Source of the DNA: Antedon mediterranea
Taxonomy: Eukaryota; Animalia; Echinodermata
Reading direction: 5' to 3'
Assembly (NCBI RefSeq): GCF_964355755.1
Contig: NC_092672.1
Location: 15,252,001 to 15,316,000, forward strand
DNA length: 64,000 bases
The translations under genes and the position numbers were made by a program. Of the stretch, positions 26,651 through 38,539 are shown in pieces; the first letter of the stretch is position 1; every line of letters begins with the position of its first letter. The notes beneath the pieces were generated by a model. The model searched no databases, was not told the DNA's origin, and saw only the letters and a program-made list of their open reading frames with translations.

Positions 26651-29600
26651 ATTTATTTGCTGTTTATGCTATATCAAGTATAGCAATTGCACAGCTATTT
26701 ATTTGCTATTTATGCTATATCAAGTATAGCAATTGCACAGCTATTTATTTGCTATTTATGCTATATCAAGTATAGCAATTACAGAGCTATTTATTTGCTG
26801 TTTATGCTATATCAAGTATAGCAATTGCACAGCTATTTTATTTGCTATTTATGCTATATCAAGTATAGCAATTGCACAGCTATTTATTTGCTGTTTATGC
26901 TATATCAAGTATAGCAATTGCACAGCTATTTATTTGCTATTTATGCTTTATCAAGTATAGCAATTACAGAGCTATTTATTTGCTGTTTATGCTATATCAA
27001 GTATAGCAATTGCACAGCTATTTATTTGCTGTTTATACTATATCAAGTATAGCAATTGCACAGCTATTTATTTGCTATTTATGCTATATCAAGTATAGCA
27101 ATTGCACAGCTATTTATTTGCTGTTTATACTATATCAAGTATAGCAATTGCACAGCTATTTATTTGCTATTTATGCTATATCAAGTATAGCAATTGCACA
27201 GCTATTTATTTGCTATTTATGCTATATCAAGTATAGCAATTACACAGCTATTTATTTGCTGTTTATGCTATATCAAGTATAGCAATTGCACAGCTATTTA
27301 TTTGCTATTTATGCTATATCAAGTATAGCAATTACAGAGCTATTTATTTGCTGTTTATGCTATATCAAGTATAGCAATTGCACAGCTATTTATTTACTAT
27401 TTATGCTATATCAAGTATAGCAATTGCACAGCTATTTATTTGCTATTTATGCTATATCAAGTATAGCAATTACAGAGCTATTTATTTGCTGTTTATGCTA
27501 TATCAAGTATAGCAATTGCACAGCTATTTTATTTGCTATTTATGCTATATCAAGTATAGCAATTGCACAGCTATTTATTTGCTGTTTATACTATATCAAG
27601 TATAGCAATTGCACAGCTATTTATTTGCTATTTATGCTATATCAAGTATAGCAATTGCACAGCTATTTATTTGCTATTTATGCTATATCAAGTATAGCAA
27701 TTACACAGCTATTTATTTGCTGTTTATGCTATATCAAGTATAGCAATTGCACAGCTATTTATTTGCTATTTATGCTATATCAAGTATAGCAATTGCACAG
27801 CTATTTATTTGCTGTTTATACTATATCAAGTATAGCAATTGCACAGCTATTTATTTGCTGTTTATGCTATATCAAGTATAGCAATTGCACAGCTATTTAT
27901 TTGCTATTTATGCTATATCAAGTATAGCAATTGCACAGCTATTTATTTGCTATTTATGCTATATCAAGTATAGCAATTACACAGCTATTTATTTGCTGTT
28001 TATGCTATATCAAGTATAGCAATTGCACAGCTATTTATTTGCTATTTATGCTATATCAAGTATAGCAATTACAGAGCTATTTATTTGCTGTTTATGCTAT
28101 ATCAAGTATAGCAATTGCACAGCTATTTATTTACTATTTATGCTATATCAAGTATAGCAATTGCACAGCTATTTATTTGCTATTTATGCTATATCAAGTA
28201 TAGCAATTACAGAGCTATTTATTTGCTGTTTATGCTATATCAAGTATAGCAATTGCACAGCTATTTTATTTGCTATTTATGCTATATCAAGTATAGCAAT
28301 TGCACAGCTATTTATTTGCTATTTATGCTATATCAAGTATAGCAATTACAGAGCTATTTATTTGCTGTTTATGCTATATCAAGTATAGCAATTGCACAGC
28401 TATTTATTTGCTGTTTATACTATATCAAGTATAGCAATTGCACAGCTATTTATTTGCTGTTTATACTATATCAAGTATAGCAATTGCACAGCTATTTATT
28501 TGCTATTTATGCTATATCAAGTATAGCAATTGCACAGCTATTTATTTGCTATTTATGCTATATCAAGTATAGCAATTACACAGCTATTTATTTGCTGTTT
28601 ATGCTATATCAAGTATAGCAATTACAGAGCTATTTATTTGCTGTTTATGCTATATCAAGTATAGCAATTGCACAGCTATTTATTTGCTGTTTATACTATA
28701 TCAAGTATAGCAATTGCACAGCTATTTATTTGCTATTTATGCTATATCAAGTATAGCAATTACAGAGCTATTTATTTGCTGTTTATGCTATATCAAGTAT
28801 AGCAATTGCACAGCTATTTTATTTGCTATTTATGCTATATCAAGTATAGCAATTGCACAGCTATTTATTTACTATTTATGCTATATCAAGTATAGCAATT
28901 GCACAGCTATTTATTTGCTATTTATGCTATATCAAGTATAGCAATTACAGAGCTATTTATTTGCTGTTTATGCTATATCAAGTATAGCAATTGCACAGCT
29001 ATTTTATTTGCTATTTATGCTATATCAAGTATAGCAATTGCACAGCTATTTATTTACTATTTATGCTATATCAAGTATAGCAATTGCACAGCTATTTATT
29101 TGCTATTTATGCTATATCAAGTGCAGAAATTACACAGCTATTTATTTGCTGTTTATGCTATATCAAGTATAGCAATTGCACAGCTATTTATTTGCTATTT
29201 ATGCTGTATCAAGTATAGCAATTGCACAGCTATTTATTTGCTATTTATGGCTATATTAAGTATAGCAATTGCACAGCTATTTATTTGCTATTTATGCTAT
29301 ATCAAGTATAGCAATTACAGAGCTATTTATTTGCTGTTTATGCTATATCAAGTATAGCAATTGCACAGCTATTTTATTTGCTATTTATGCTATATCAAGT
29401 ATAGCAATTGCACAGCTATTTATTTACTATTTATGCTATATCAAGTATAGCAATTGCACAGCTATTTATTTGCTATTTATGCTATATCAAGTATAGCAAT
29501 TACAGAGCTATTTATTTGCTGTTTATGCTATATCAAGTATAGCAATTGCACAGCTATTTTATTTGCTATTTATGCTATATCAAGTATAGCAATTGCACAG

Positions 29601-29837
29601 CTATTTATTTACTATTTATGCTATATCAAGTATAGCAATTGCACAGCTATTTATTTGCTATTTATGCTATATCAAGTGCAGAAATTACACAGCTATTTAT
29701 TTGCTGTTTATGCTATATCAAGTATAGCAATTGCACAGCTATTTATTTGCTATTTATGCTGTATCAAGTATAGCAATTGCACAGCTATTTATTTGCTATT
29801 TATGGCTATATTAAGTATAGCAATTGCACAGCTATTT
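26651..29837. repeat. Tandem satellite, 46-bp monomer, ~69 copies
   Basis: Consensus ATTTATTTGCTRTTTATGCTATATCAAGTATAGCAATTGCACAGCT; occasional 47-bp monomers; internal TGCTATA-TCAAG-TATAGCA hairpin. Confidence 0.98.
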
Positions 29838-30694
29838 CCTTGCTATCTATGGTTATGCTATTTGATGCCTTAGTGTGATTTTGTTAATCTTCCTCTGGCC
29901 AACAGAATAGACCACTTTCATTAGTCTAGTGTGCAAAGCTATCAAACAACTTGATAGCCTTGGTCTGTTTCCCTTTTAGGGGGTGTCACGAAACCTAAGA
30001 CCACGAAAGCTAAGACCCCCTAAGACCTAAGATCACGAAAGCTAAGACCCAAGACCTAGATTACAAATTCTAAGATATACTACAGCTTAAAAACAATACT
30101 TGTTTATCCTTACATAATTTTAAACATAGTAGGTTTCATTTATTACCATAAATATAATTAAATACTGCCGCAAAACATAGATAAACTCACATTATTTTCG
30201 CCCGTTGAGTAAATGTATATTTTTTCTTTACAACAAACAAACTTGACGGGTTGTTTGTTGGTATATATTTACTCCATTGTGTTGGTTCGGAGGATGTTTT
30301 TCTTCCGCACCTGCCTTGTGTTTTGACTCCAAATTTGTTAACTAACTTTATCCTGAATACCACACTTTAAAATTAGGACTTATAAGTACTTTAAGAAGGA
30401 GAAACACATAGAAACAAATAAATAAATCCTTTAAATTGATGATTTTACAGACGTGTTTCTTTGTATATTGTAACTCCTCCCCATGCTCAATATTTTTGTT
30501 TCTATGGAGCGCCAAAAGAGCAACAATAATAGTAAAAGTAACAAAAACAGAAAGAAAACGGACCAAAAAACTTATTATCATGATTTTTAAATTATAATTT
30601 ATTTTCGAGTATTTATTCTTTCGTACTAGCATCATTATACTATTATCATTACAATTTTAATTTTACATTGTTTCATCCACACAAGTGTACTTAG

Positions 30695-31271
30695 TGTAAT
30701 ATATTGATATACCTTTATATTTAAGAAATTGACCTTTGTATCGGAATTCAAATAGGTTCACAAACTTGACCCAGAAAGTCCAAAGGAGAGTTTGTCCAGA
30801 TGTTTTAATGGCCATTTAGTTTATGATAGAGTCCCTAAAGAAAACACTTAGCTTAATTTTGTGACTTTCCCATCGAGTGATCGACACTATTTAAGTACAG
30901 ATTTGACAGTGTCATCCATCACAGAAATACCTTATTATACCGTTAATCACTCCCACTTAAACACCCCTGGATCAACTTAGGACCAATCGTTACCCTCACA
31001 GATGATGTAATGACATTATGCAAATGAACTGAGCCAATATACCCCCAAGTTTCAGAAGGGCCCAGACACACCTTACAACCACTTCTCCAGAAGCAGACCT
31101 ACACACACCACACCTCACCGACAGCATCATTGATCCTCCGCGTTCCTTATCTATACTTATAGTTGTATATTGTACTGAAGTATTATACTGAATAAACAAT
31201 ATATGTGTTACGACAGTCAAGCGAGTTAGAGTCTTTCATTAGTACCTCAACAACCCAAACATTATATTACA
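30695..31271 (+). repeat. 5' LTR
   Basis: Matches 38568-39144; AATAAA at 31191; octamer ATGCAAAT at 31018 flanked by two CCAAT boxes. Confidence 0.97.
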
Positions 31272-31284
31272 TGGTGGAAGACCC
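31272..31284 (+). promoter_or_regulatory. Primer binding site, possibly tRNA-Ala related
   Basis: TGGTGGAAGACCC directly after the LTR; the first 7 nt fit the 3' end of tRNA-Ala. Confidence 0.6.
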
Positions 31285-31996
31285 AAATTTCATAAGGAAC
31301 GGAGTGAGAAAACAAGAAATAAACACTTAACAAGACACGAAGACGAAGACGAAGACAAAAATAACCATATTTGTTTGAAAGGAGAGAAATTTACTTTGAC
31401 TCAAAAGACAAGCTGAAATTATATTTGAATGAGATCGAGACAAGCAGAAATTTTATCAAATTATTACCATTGGATGAAGACAAAGAAGATAATCGAAGAA
31501 GACACAAAAGACAAGCTGAAATTATATTTGAATGAAATCGAGACAAGCAGAAATTTTATGAAATTATAACCATTGGATAAAGACAAAGAAGATAATCGAG
31601 GAAGACCCAAGAAGAATCAAAACAGAAGCAAGCGGACAAGAACTGTTTCGTTTAGAGACTTTCAACTTCACGCCGTTTTTTTTCGATCGTTTTTTTTAAC
31701 ATTTACTTTTTTTTAACATTGATGAACACCCTTCGCATTTTTTTAATTCGTTGTTTGAAAATTTGAACATTGATGAGCACCTTTAACATTTCTTTAATTC
31801 GTTGTTTGAACATTTAGACATTTTTGAACACTTTTTGCATTCCTTTAATTCATTTTTAATTGGATCCGAAGCATTTGGGGTAAGTCAAAACCATTTTGAT
31901 TTTGATTTGTAACCTTGATTGAAAAGTGAGAGTTTACATACATATATATACACTAAATTGTTTTTGATATTTGATTAATAATTAATATTATAAAGT

Positions 31997-32962
31997 ATGG
32001 TCGACGTTGTTGATAACGAAGTAATTTTAAATGAGCCCGTCAATCCTCACCCCGTGCCCCACCTAAGACAAACCGATTTCCTTCCCAAAAGATATGACGG
32101 TTCCATAACCGATCACGACCAATGTAGTGCACATTACTTATCGTTTACAGACTACCTTGAGGCCCACACGTTAGAAAACCCTGTAAACAATGCCCAATTA
32201 ATTAATGTAATAAGTATTTTTAAACGTAGCCTTCAGGGCCAAGCTAGACTCTGGATTGAGGGAAAGCAGTTCGATTCACTAGAATCCTTAAAAACCCAAT
32301 TCATCAACAGGTTTAGTAAAAACAAATCAATCTATGCGCACTTAAGAGAATACGATTCAATTACATACACCACTGGCGACAACGCCGAAAAGCACTTAAC
32401 CAAAATCAAACAAGCCGCAGACAGAATTGGATACGCTGACCAGCAGATAAAGAATAAATTTATTTCGACCCTTCCACCAAAATGTAGAGCAGCTGTAGCC
32501 ATGTCCACCCCAATCGATGCCACTATTGAAAATATTGTAAATAGCACACAAAATTACCTTGACCTTTCCGTAGATGATGCCACACGGGAAGTTTCATTCA
32601 ATATCAATAAGGAAACAGATAGGCCTAATAGTCTCGAATCGCTCCAACATGAGATAAATTCTCTCAAGTTAGACATGGCCACAACAAAACGATCCCTTAA
32701 TGATGATACTCGACGCTCACGTTCCCCCACCCGAAATTATATCCCAAGACGAAACCGAAGCCCAAGCCCATACAAACCCCGATTCCAGACCCCACCGACC
32801 CCAAGATATAGACAACCTCCCCCAACCTGTTATTACTGCGGGAAACCAGGCCACATAGCAAGGCACTGCCGACAACAAAACCGCTCTTACGGAAACTATC
32901 CCCCGCCATACCCATACCAACAGTCAAACAATTACTACCCTAGCCACCAGCAGGATTTTTAA
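31997..32962 (+). CDS. gag: Gag (capsid plus CCHC zinc knuckle)
   Basis: 321-aa ATG-initiated ORF; SLQGQARLW capsid-like motif; CYYCGKPGHIARHC knuckle. Confidence 0.93.
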   Translation: MVDVVDNEVILNEPVNPHPVPHLRQTDFLPKRYDGSITDHDQCSAHYLSFTDYLEAHTLENPVNNAQLINVISIFKRSLQGQARLWIEGKQFDSLESLKTQFINRFSKNKSIYAHLREYDSITYTTGDNAEKHLTKIKQAADRIGYADQQIKNKFISTLPPKCRAAVAMSTPIDATIENIVNSTQNYLDLSVDDATREVSFNINKETDRPNSLESLQHEINSLKLDMATTKRSLNDDTRRSRSPTRNYIPRRNRSPSPYKPRFQTPPTPRYRQPPPTCYYCGKPGHIARHCRQQNRSYGNYPPPYPYQQSNNYYPSHQQDF

Positions 32963-35900
32963 AAAGGGGACTAGATGCCGCCTATAATCTGGCCCCCCAT
33001 ACTAAATACGACAATTTTAAGGCAAAATACTTAGGGAATTCAGATAATATTGATTTGTTACTTAACGACAGAAATTACGTTAAAGGAAATTTACCAGATG
33101 GTAGAAATGTTTTAACTTTATTTGACAGTGGTTCAACTAGAACTATAATCTCACAATCGTACGTTAATTCCTCACTTTATTTATCGCGTTTAAAGCCAGT
33201 TAAAGTGAACACAACTAAATTTAGATTAGGTAACGGTGACTTCTTATATGCCAACCACTTAGTGCAATTCGAATTATTTATCCAAGGACACAAATTTAAA
33301 ATTTCAGCATTAATCGTTAAAAATTTGACAGGTATTGACCTGATACTTGGAACCGAAACATTGTCTGAACTCGACGGTACTTTAAATTTTAAGGAAAACA
33401 CATTTCGCATTAGACCAAAGGTTTTTAGCTTTCGTCCAGTACACAAGATTTTTCTTAAACCCGGTGATACTAAAACAGTTAAATTAAAAGGAAGGGTTCC
33501 CGCCTTTGTACGCAATTCTGATGTTGTTCTACATGCAACCACCCATATTTCAAAACTTTGTCCATCAGATATGTTAGTAAAATTACATAGAGGAGAAACC
33601 AACATTGATATCACTAACAACACAAACAGAAACGTATCTCTAAATACACATCAACCTATCGCGAGCCTTCACTTAACCAACCTTGTAACAGTTACTAACG
33701 ACCTACCAATTGACAGAATAAAGTTGACCAATGACAACGCAAACAAGTACCCACATTTAGAACGTACAGACCCATTGCTAACTTTAACCGAGGAAGAAAT
33801 AATTAGAAAACAAGTTGATTTAACAGACAGCGTTTTAACACATAGAGAAAAAGAAGATTTGTATAAAACCTTACAACAAAACAGAAACGCATTTTCACTT
33901 TATGGTGAACTATCTAGCTGCCCAAACTTCAAAGCCGACATACACCTCTCTAACGATGAACCATTTTTTATTCGCCCATACTTCGCGACAGACAAAGACA
34001 AAAATGTTATTGAGGCCGAATTGAACAAATTAGTCAAATTAGGAATCTTAGCAGTAGGACACCAATCGTATACTTCCCCTGTCCTTCTTGTTTCAAAGAA
34101 AAATTCAAAAGATAAAAGAGTTGTCACAGACTTCCGCTATCTCAATTCCAGGATAAAACGTATTAATCACCCATTCCCATTATTAGCCGAAACTTTAAAA
34201 ACAATAGGTAACGCTAATGCACAGATTCTTAGCGTAATTGATTTGAAATCAGCGTTCCACTGTGTACCATTAGCCGAACATGCCCAACAATATACAGGTA
34301 TAGCTTCATATCATGGTGGAAAACATTATTATTATAAGAGATTAGCACAAGGATTAAACGTTTCGCCAGGTATATTTCAAGCAAAGATTGACGAAATTTT
34401 AAATGAAATCCCAAATTCTAGAGAATTCTGTATCGCCCATCATGATGATATTATTTTATTTAGCCAAGACAAATTTGCTCATAAGCAGCACCTCGTTTCC
34501 GTTTTACAAGCCCTACAATTAAATGGTTTTAGAATTTGTCCAAAGAAATGTAAGTTATTCAAGAATAAAGTGCAATATATGGGACACACCATCCTGATTA
34601 ATTCTTCAGGACACGCATGTATCACACCATTAGGCGACAGGTGTGCAGCTATCCGAAATTTGCCAGTCCCACGAACCCATAAAGAAACTAAACGATTTAT
34701 TGGTGCAGTAAATTATGTATCCCATTTTTTCCCTCAAATACAATCAATTTTACGTCCGTTACACACACTCGCAAGCAAACGCCGAAAATTTTGTTGGTCT
34801 ACTGAACACCAGAAAGCATTTGACGAAATTAAACAATTAATGGTTAAACCACCAACTCTTCAAATGCCTAGAAAAGAAGGTAGATTTACGCTATATAGCG
34901 ACACTTCAAGAACCGCAACAGGTTCATATTTAACACAAACAGTAAACGGTAAAGAACACATAATAGGTTATTATTCCAAAATCTTACCACAAGCCTGTCA
35001 ACGATATAGCGTCACAGAACTAGAGTTATTTGGACTTTACATTAACGTTTCAGCATTTCGACACTTACTAAAGGGTTGCGAATTTGATGCATTCGTAGAC
35101 CACTCAGCAATTGTACAAATTTGGAATTCAAAAGATCAGCCATGTACACCCCGTTTACAGAAACTAATATTACGATTGTCCGGATACATTTTCCAAATTG
35201 GTTATAAGAAAGGAACTGAATTAGTTTTAGCAGATTTCCTCTCCCGAGCCCCTCGTGATGACGATTCCGAAATTGATCAAGTTGTACCCATTGCATTTAA
35301 TATTACAGAGACTGAATCTCTTAACCCGATTACAAACACATCTACTAGCAGACCAGTAACAAGGTCATACGCCAAGAAAATGGGAATAAATATACCTGAC
35401 CTACATAAACCCAAACCAGTACAAACGCCCGTCATTAATCAAAATCCAGTGACAACAAACACGCGACCTACACCTCAACCTACCGCTACAACACAGATAA
35501 CCACGAGACAACAAACAAACGCACATCGATCACCGCCTATCATAACGCCACCTATCGTAACACCACCCCCAATACGTAATGTAAACATTCGACAACCTCC
35601 AGAGGAACGACTAGTAGACAAAAATAAGAAAAGCAAAGATACTACACATCGAAACGTACCAGTTGAATTGTATACATCGCCCAAACCACTAGTACCAAAC
35701 ATAACTGAATTTAAGTCAGCACACATCCCAAAACAACAAGACTTAGATAGATTAATGGATGTTATTCAAAGAAAGATAATTAGAGATTATAACCTCCCAG
35801 TAGATGTTAAACAATTACGTGTTGAACAAGAAACTTCACCATTTTTTAAGCCAGTTTACGATTATTTAGTTCATGATATCCTTCCAGCTGATAAGAAAGC

Positions 35901-37668
35901 AGCTCGTGCAGTTCAGAATAAGTCAGAGCAGTACATATTGTGCAACGGTTTACTATTCCGTTTATTTTTCCAAGATAAAGGTGGAGAATTTGTATTGCAA
36001 TTAGCTGTTCCTGAAAACTTAGCAGAGACTGTTATTTCTCAGTATCACGACAATTTGTTAAGTAGCCACCAAGGTACGATGCGTACTTACCTTACTATTA
36101 GGAAATTATTTTACATGCCTCTTATGTTCGAGAAAGTCAACAATTATACCCAAGCGTGTCTTAGATGTCAACAATTTCGTCCCAAAACAGATAAATTACG
36201 TCCTTTACACGATCGAGTACCAGCAACTTACCGTCCCTTTCATACACTCAGTCTAGATTTTAAGAGTATGCCAACTTCACCTTCAGGTTTTAAACATATT
36301 ATGGTAGTATGTGATGAGATAACTAGATTTTTGATTTGTGTACCTTTGAAATCCATTGATGCCGAAACAATTTGTGAAGCACTAATTCAAAAGGTCATCA
36401 GTATTTTTGGACCCCCATCTCGTCTTATTTCAGATGCAGCAACCTCCCTTACAGGAAAATTATTAACACTATTATGTAACACCCTTAATATTGATAGGAA
36501 AATCATCAGCGTCCACAATCACGGTAGTTTACAAGTTGAACGTCATATCCGCACCGTATCGGACCTGTTAAAGGTCAACCTTAACCAATTCGGAACAGAT
36601 TGGGTTAGATTTGTATCAACAACATGTTATGCTTATAATTCTTTCTCATCCCCACATCTAGGAAACCACTCCCCTTACGAATTAGTTTTTGGCCGCCAAC
36701 CTCCAAGTTTGACCTCATTAGCATTTAACCCTATTTCAGGATTGTCTCATTCCTATGAAGAATACTTTGAACACCTCAAGAAGAAATTTCAAAACATTTC
36801 ACAGACAATGCTACAATTACAGCGAACACAACAAAACGTCCAAAACTCAAAGATTTTCCAACGCTTAGAAAAAAGTCCAATTTACTCAGTAGGACAACTC
36901 GTATATTTATACAAGCCAACATCATCATCACTAACAGCAAATTCAAAGAAAATCGCCGCAGAATGGGTCGGACCATTAGTGATTCATGAAGTACTAGACA
37001 GAACACACTACATCCTAGCGACGATTAAAGGAGAAATACTTCGCGACGTATTCAATTATAACAGACTGAAACCCTGTTTTATGAGAACACCCAAAGAACG
37101 CAAAAATTTTACACATCTCCAAAAACTTAAACAATTGTTGAATGAACCCACTGATGATAATAACGAGAAAATCCAAAACACCATTAATGTAGTAAATGAC
37201 GAAATCAATGTTGAATTTGTAGACGAACATGATAGGACACCAGCCCAATTGCAATCAGATACCCTTACACATCCAACTAAGATAGAACCCCTTAACTTGC
37301 AACCTTACATTGACTGTGTAGAGAATAACATGGGATTAGCAGCCCCATTCCAAATGAAAGAAGAACAAATTAAGGAACAAACTAATTTAATTATGACGGC
37401 ACCTAATGATTCAAGTATGACATTAAACCGAGGTAGATTTAAAGCAGGACATTTCCAAGTTTTAGTTTCGTATTCTAAACCGACTTCAGCCAAACGCAAC
37501 ACCGATAAAACAAAACACGAATCTAATGATCGCAAATTTTGGTGGAATATTGACAGATATAACGATACAGATAAATTAATTAAAGAGATCATTAATGATA
37601 AACAGATACCGATAAGTGGATCGCCAAAACGATTCATAAAACGTTTGTATAATGCAACAAGTTACTGA
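32944..37668 (+). CDS. pol: Pol polyprotein (protease, RT, RNase H, integrase), probably expressed as Gag-Pol
   Basis: LFDSGS protease; VIDLKSAF, LAQG and HHDD in RT; LYSDTS, TELE and LADFLSR in RNase H; HHCC, DFK/SDAA/VER triad and WVGPL in integrase; no stops. Confidence 0.97.
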   Translation, partial: PPAGFLKRGLDAAYNLAPHTKYDNFKAKYLGNSDNIDLLLNDRNYVKGNLPDGRNVLTLFDSGSTRTIISQSYVNSSLYLSRLKPVKVNTTKFRLGNGDFLYANHLVQFELFIQGHKFKISALIVKNLTGIDLILGTETLSELDGTLNFKENTFRIRPKVFSFRPVHKIFLKPGDTKTVKLKGRVPAFVRNSDVVLHATTHISKLCPSDMLVKLHRGETNIDITNNTNRNVSLNTHQPIASLHLTNLVTVTNDLPIDRIKLTNDNANKYPHLERTDPLLTLTEEEIIRKQVDLTDSVLTHREKEDLYKTLQQNRNAFSLYGELSSCPNFKADIHLSNDEPFFIRPYFATDKDKNVIEAELNKLVKLGILAVGHQSYTSPVLLVSKKNSKDKRVVTDFRYLNSRIKRINHPFPLLAETLKTIGNANAQILSVIDLKSAFHCVPLAEHAQQYTGIASYHGGKHYYYKRLAQGLNVSPGIFQAKIDEILNEIPNSREFCIAHHDDIILFSQDKFAHKQHLVSVLQALQLNGFRICPKKCKLFKNKVQYMGHTILINSSGHACITPLGDRCAAIRNLPVPRTHKETKRFIGAVNYVSHFFPQIQSILRPLHTLASKRRKFCWSTEHQKAFDEIKQLMVKPPTLQMPRKEGRFTLYSDTSRTATGSYLTQTVNGKEHIIGYYSKILPQACQRYSVTELELFGLYINVSAFRHLLKGCEFDAFVDHSAIVQIWNSKDQPCTPRLQKLILRLSGYIFQIGYKKGTELVLADFLSRAPRDDDSEIDQVVPIAFNITETESLNPITNTSTSRPVTRSYAKKMGINIPDLHKPKPVQTPVINQNPVTTNTRPTPQPTATTQITTRQQTNAHRSPPIITPPIVTPPPIRNVNIRQPPEERLVDKNKKSKDTTHRNVPVELYTSPKPLVPNITEFKSAHIPKQQDLDRLMDVIQRKIIRDYNLPVDVKQLRVEQETSPFFKPVYDYLVHDILPADKKAARAVQNKSEQYILCNGLLFRLFFQDKGGEFVLQLAVPENLAETVISQYHDNLLSSHQGTMRTYLTIRKLFYMPLMFEKVNNYTQACLRCQQFRPKTDKLRPLHDRVPATYRPFHTLSLDFKSMPTSPSGFKHIMVVCDEITRFLICVPLKSIDAETICEALIQKVISIFGPPSRLISDAATSLTGKLLTLLCNTLNIDRKIISVHNHGSLQVERHIRTVSDLLKVNLNQFGTDWVRFVSTTCYAYNSFSSPHLGNHSPYELVFGRQPPSLTSLAFNPISGLSHSYEEYFEHLKKKFQNISQTMLQLQRTQQNVQNSKIFQRLEKSPIYSVGQLVYLYKPTSSSLTANSKKIAAEWVGPLVIHEVLDRTHYILATIKGEILRDVFNYNRLKPCFMRTPKERKNFTHLQKLKQLLNEPTDDNNEKIQNTINVVNDEINVEFVDEHDRTPAQLQSDTLTHPTKIEPLNLQPYIDCVENNMGLAAPFQMKEEQIKEQTNLIMTAPNDSSMTLNRGRFKAGHFQVLVSYSKPTSAKRNTDKTKHESNDRKFWWNIDRYNDTDKLIKEIINDKQIPISGSPKRFIKRLYNATSY
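32953..32996 (+). promoter_or_regulatory. -1 ribosomal frameshift signal
   Basis: G GAT TTT immediately before the gag stop, 6-nt spacer, then stem GGGG-A-CTAGAT / ATCTGG-CCCC; pol is in the -1 frame and open from 32944. Confidence 0.8.
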
Positions 37669-38539
37669 TTTAATTTTTTTTGCAAGATTATTTTTAAATT
37701 ACGACATTTGCTAAATTAATGATAGCATAGTCTACGTATTTGATGAGATTTGTTAAATAATAATGTGATTTCAGTTAAAAGAGAATTGAATTTATGTGTA
37801 AGTATTGATTTTGTAACGAGTTTGATAATGATTAATTTTGAATTTTGATGATCGATATATTGAGATATTGAAAAAGAACGACAATCATTTTGTAACAAAT
37901 ATTTTGTTGAACCTTTGAGTCGTTAATCTCAAGCATTAATTAATTGATATACAATAACAGGAGATTTTCTTAGTACTTTTAATCGTAATTTTGTAGACAT
38001 TGAGTACAAAAGTCGAATTTGTCGACCGATTGAAATCGTAATTACCTGTGAATATAAATGCTTAAATCGATAAAGTTGTGACGATAATGATATATTGTGG
38101 ATAAGTTTGTGTCAACGGGACACACACATTTGTTTCTTTAAAGTTTTAAGTGATTAAGTTTGATATTTGATTTTAGGCTAATCAGCCACAGTTTCTTGAG
38201 TTTTATGTTTTAATTTGATGATTTATGTTTGAAGACCATTAGAACGCGATGAGTTGTCGCACGATTTGATGTATGTTCAATGTAACATACTATTTTTAAG
38301 TTTTGTATTTTTATTTTAACTGATTTATGTTTGATTTACGCGAATTTTTATACCAAATTCATTTTTAATTTCATTTTTTTAAGAGAGAGAAGAGAGAGAG
38401 TGAAAGTGATAAGGTTACATTTCAGAGTCAATGGTTTTGGCTAACTCAATTTTTGCTTATATGTATAATGTTTTTTTTCTTTTATATAACTTTAATTTTG
38501 CATGCCACTATTATAACCATTATATATGTTAAATAGATT

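Noticed and set aside
26651-29837. CRISPR-like array, or repeated 75-152 aa ORFs
   Set aside because: Monomers are contiguous with no unique spacers, there are no cas genes, and the context is eukaryotic. The ORFs are translations of the satellite.
32332-37637. Antisense ORFs inside gag/pol
   Set aside because: Short shadow ORFs expected opposite a long coding frame.
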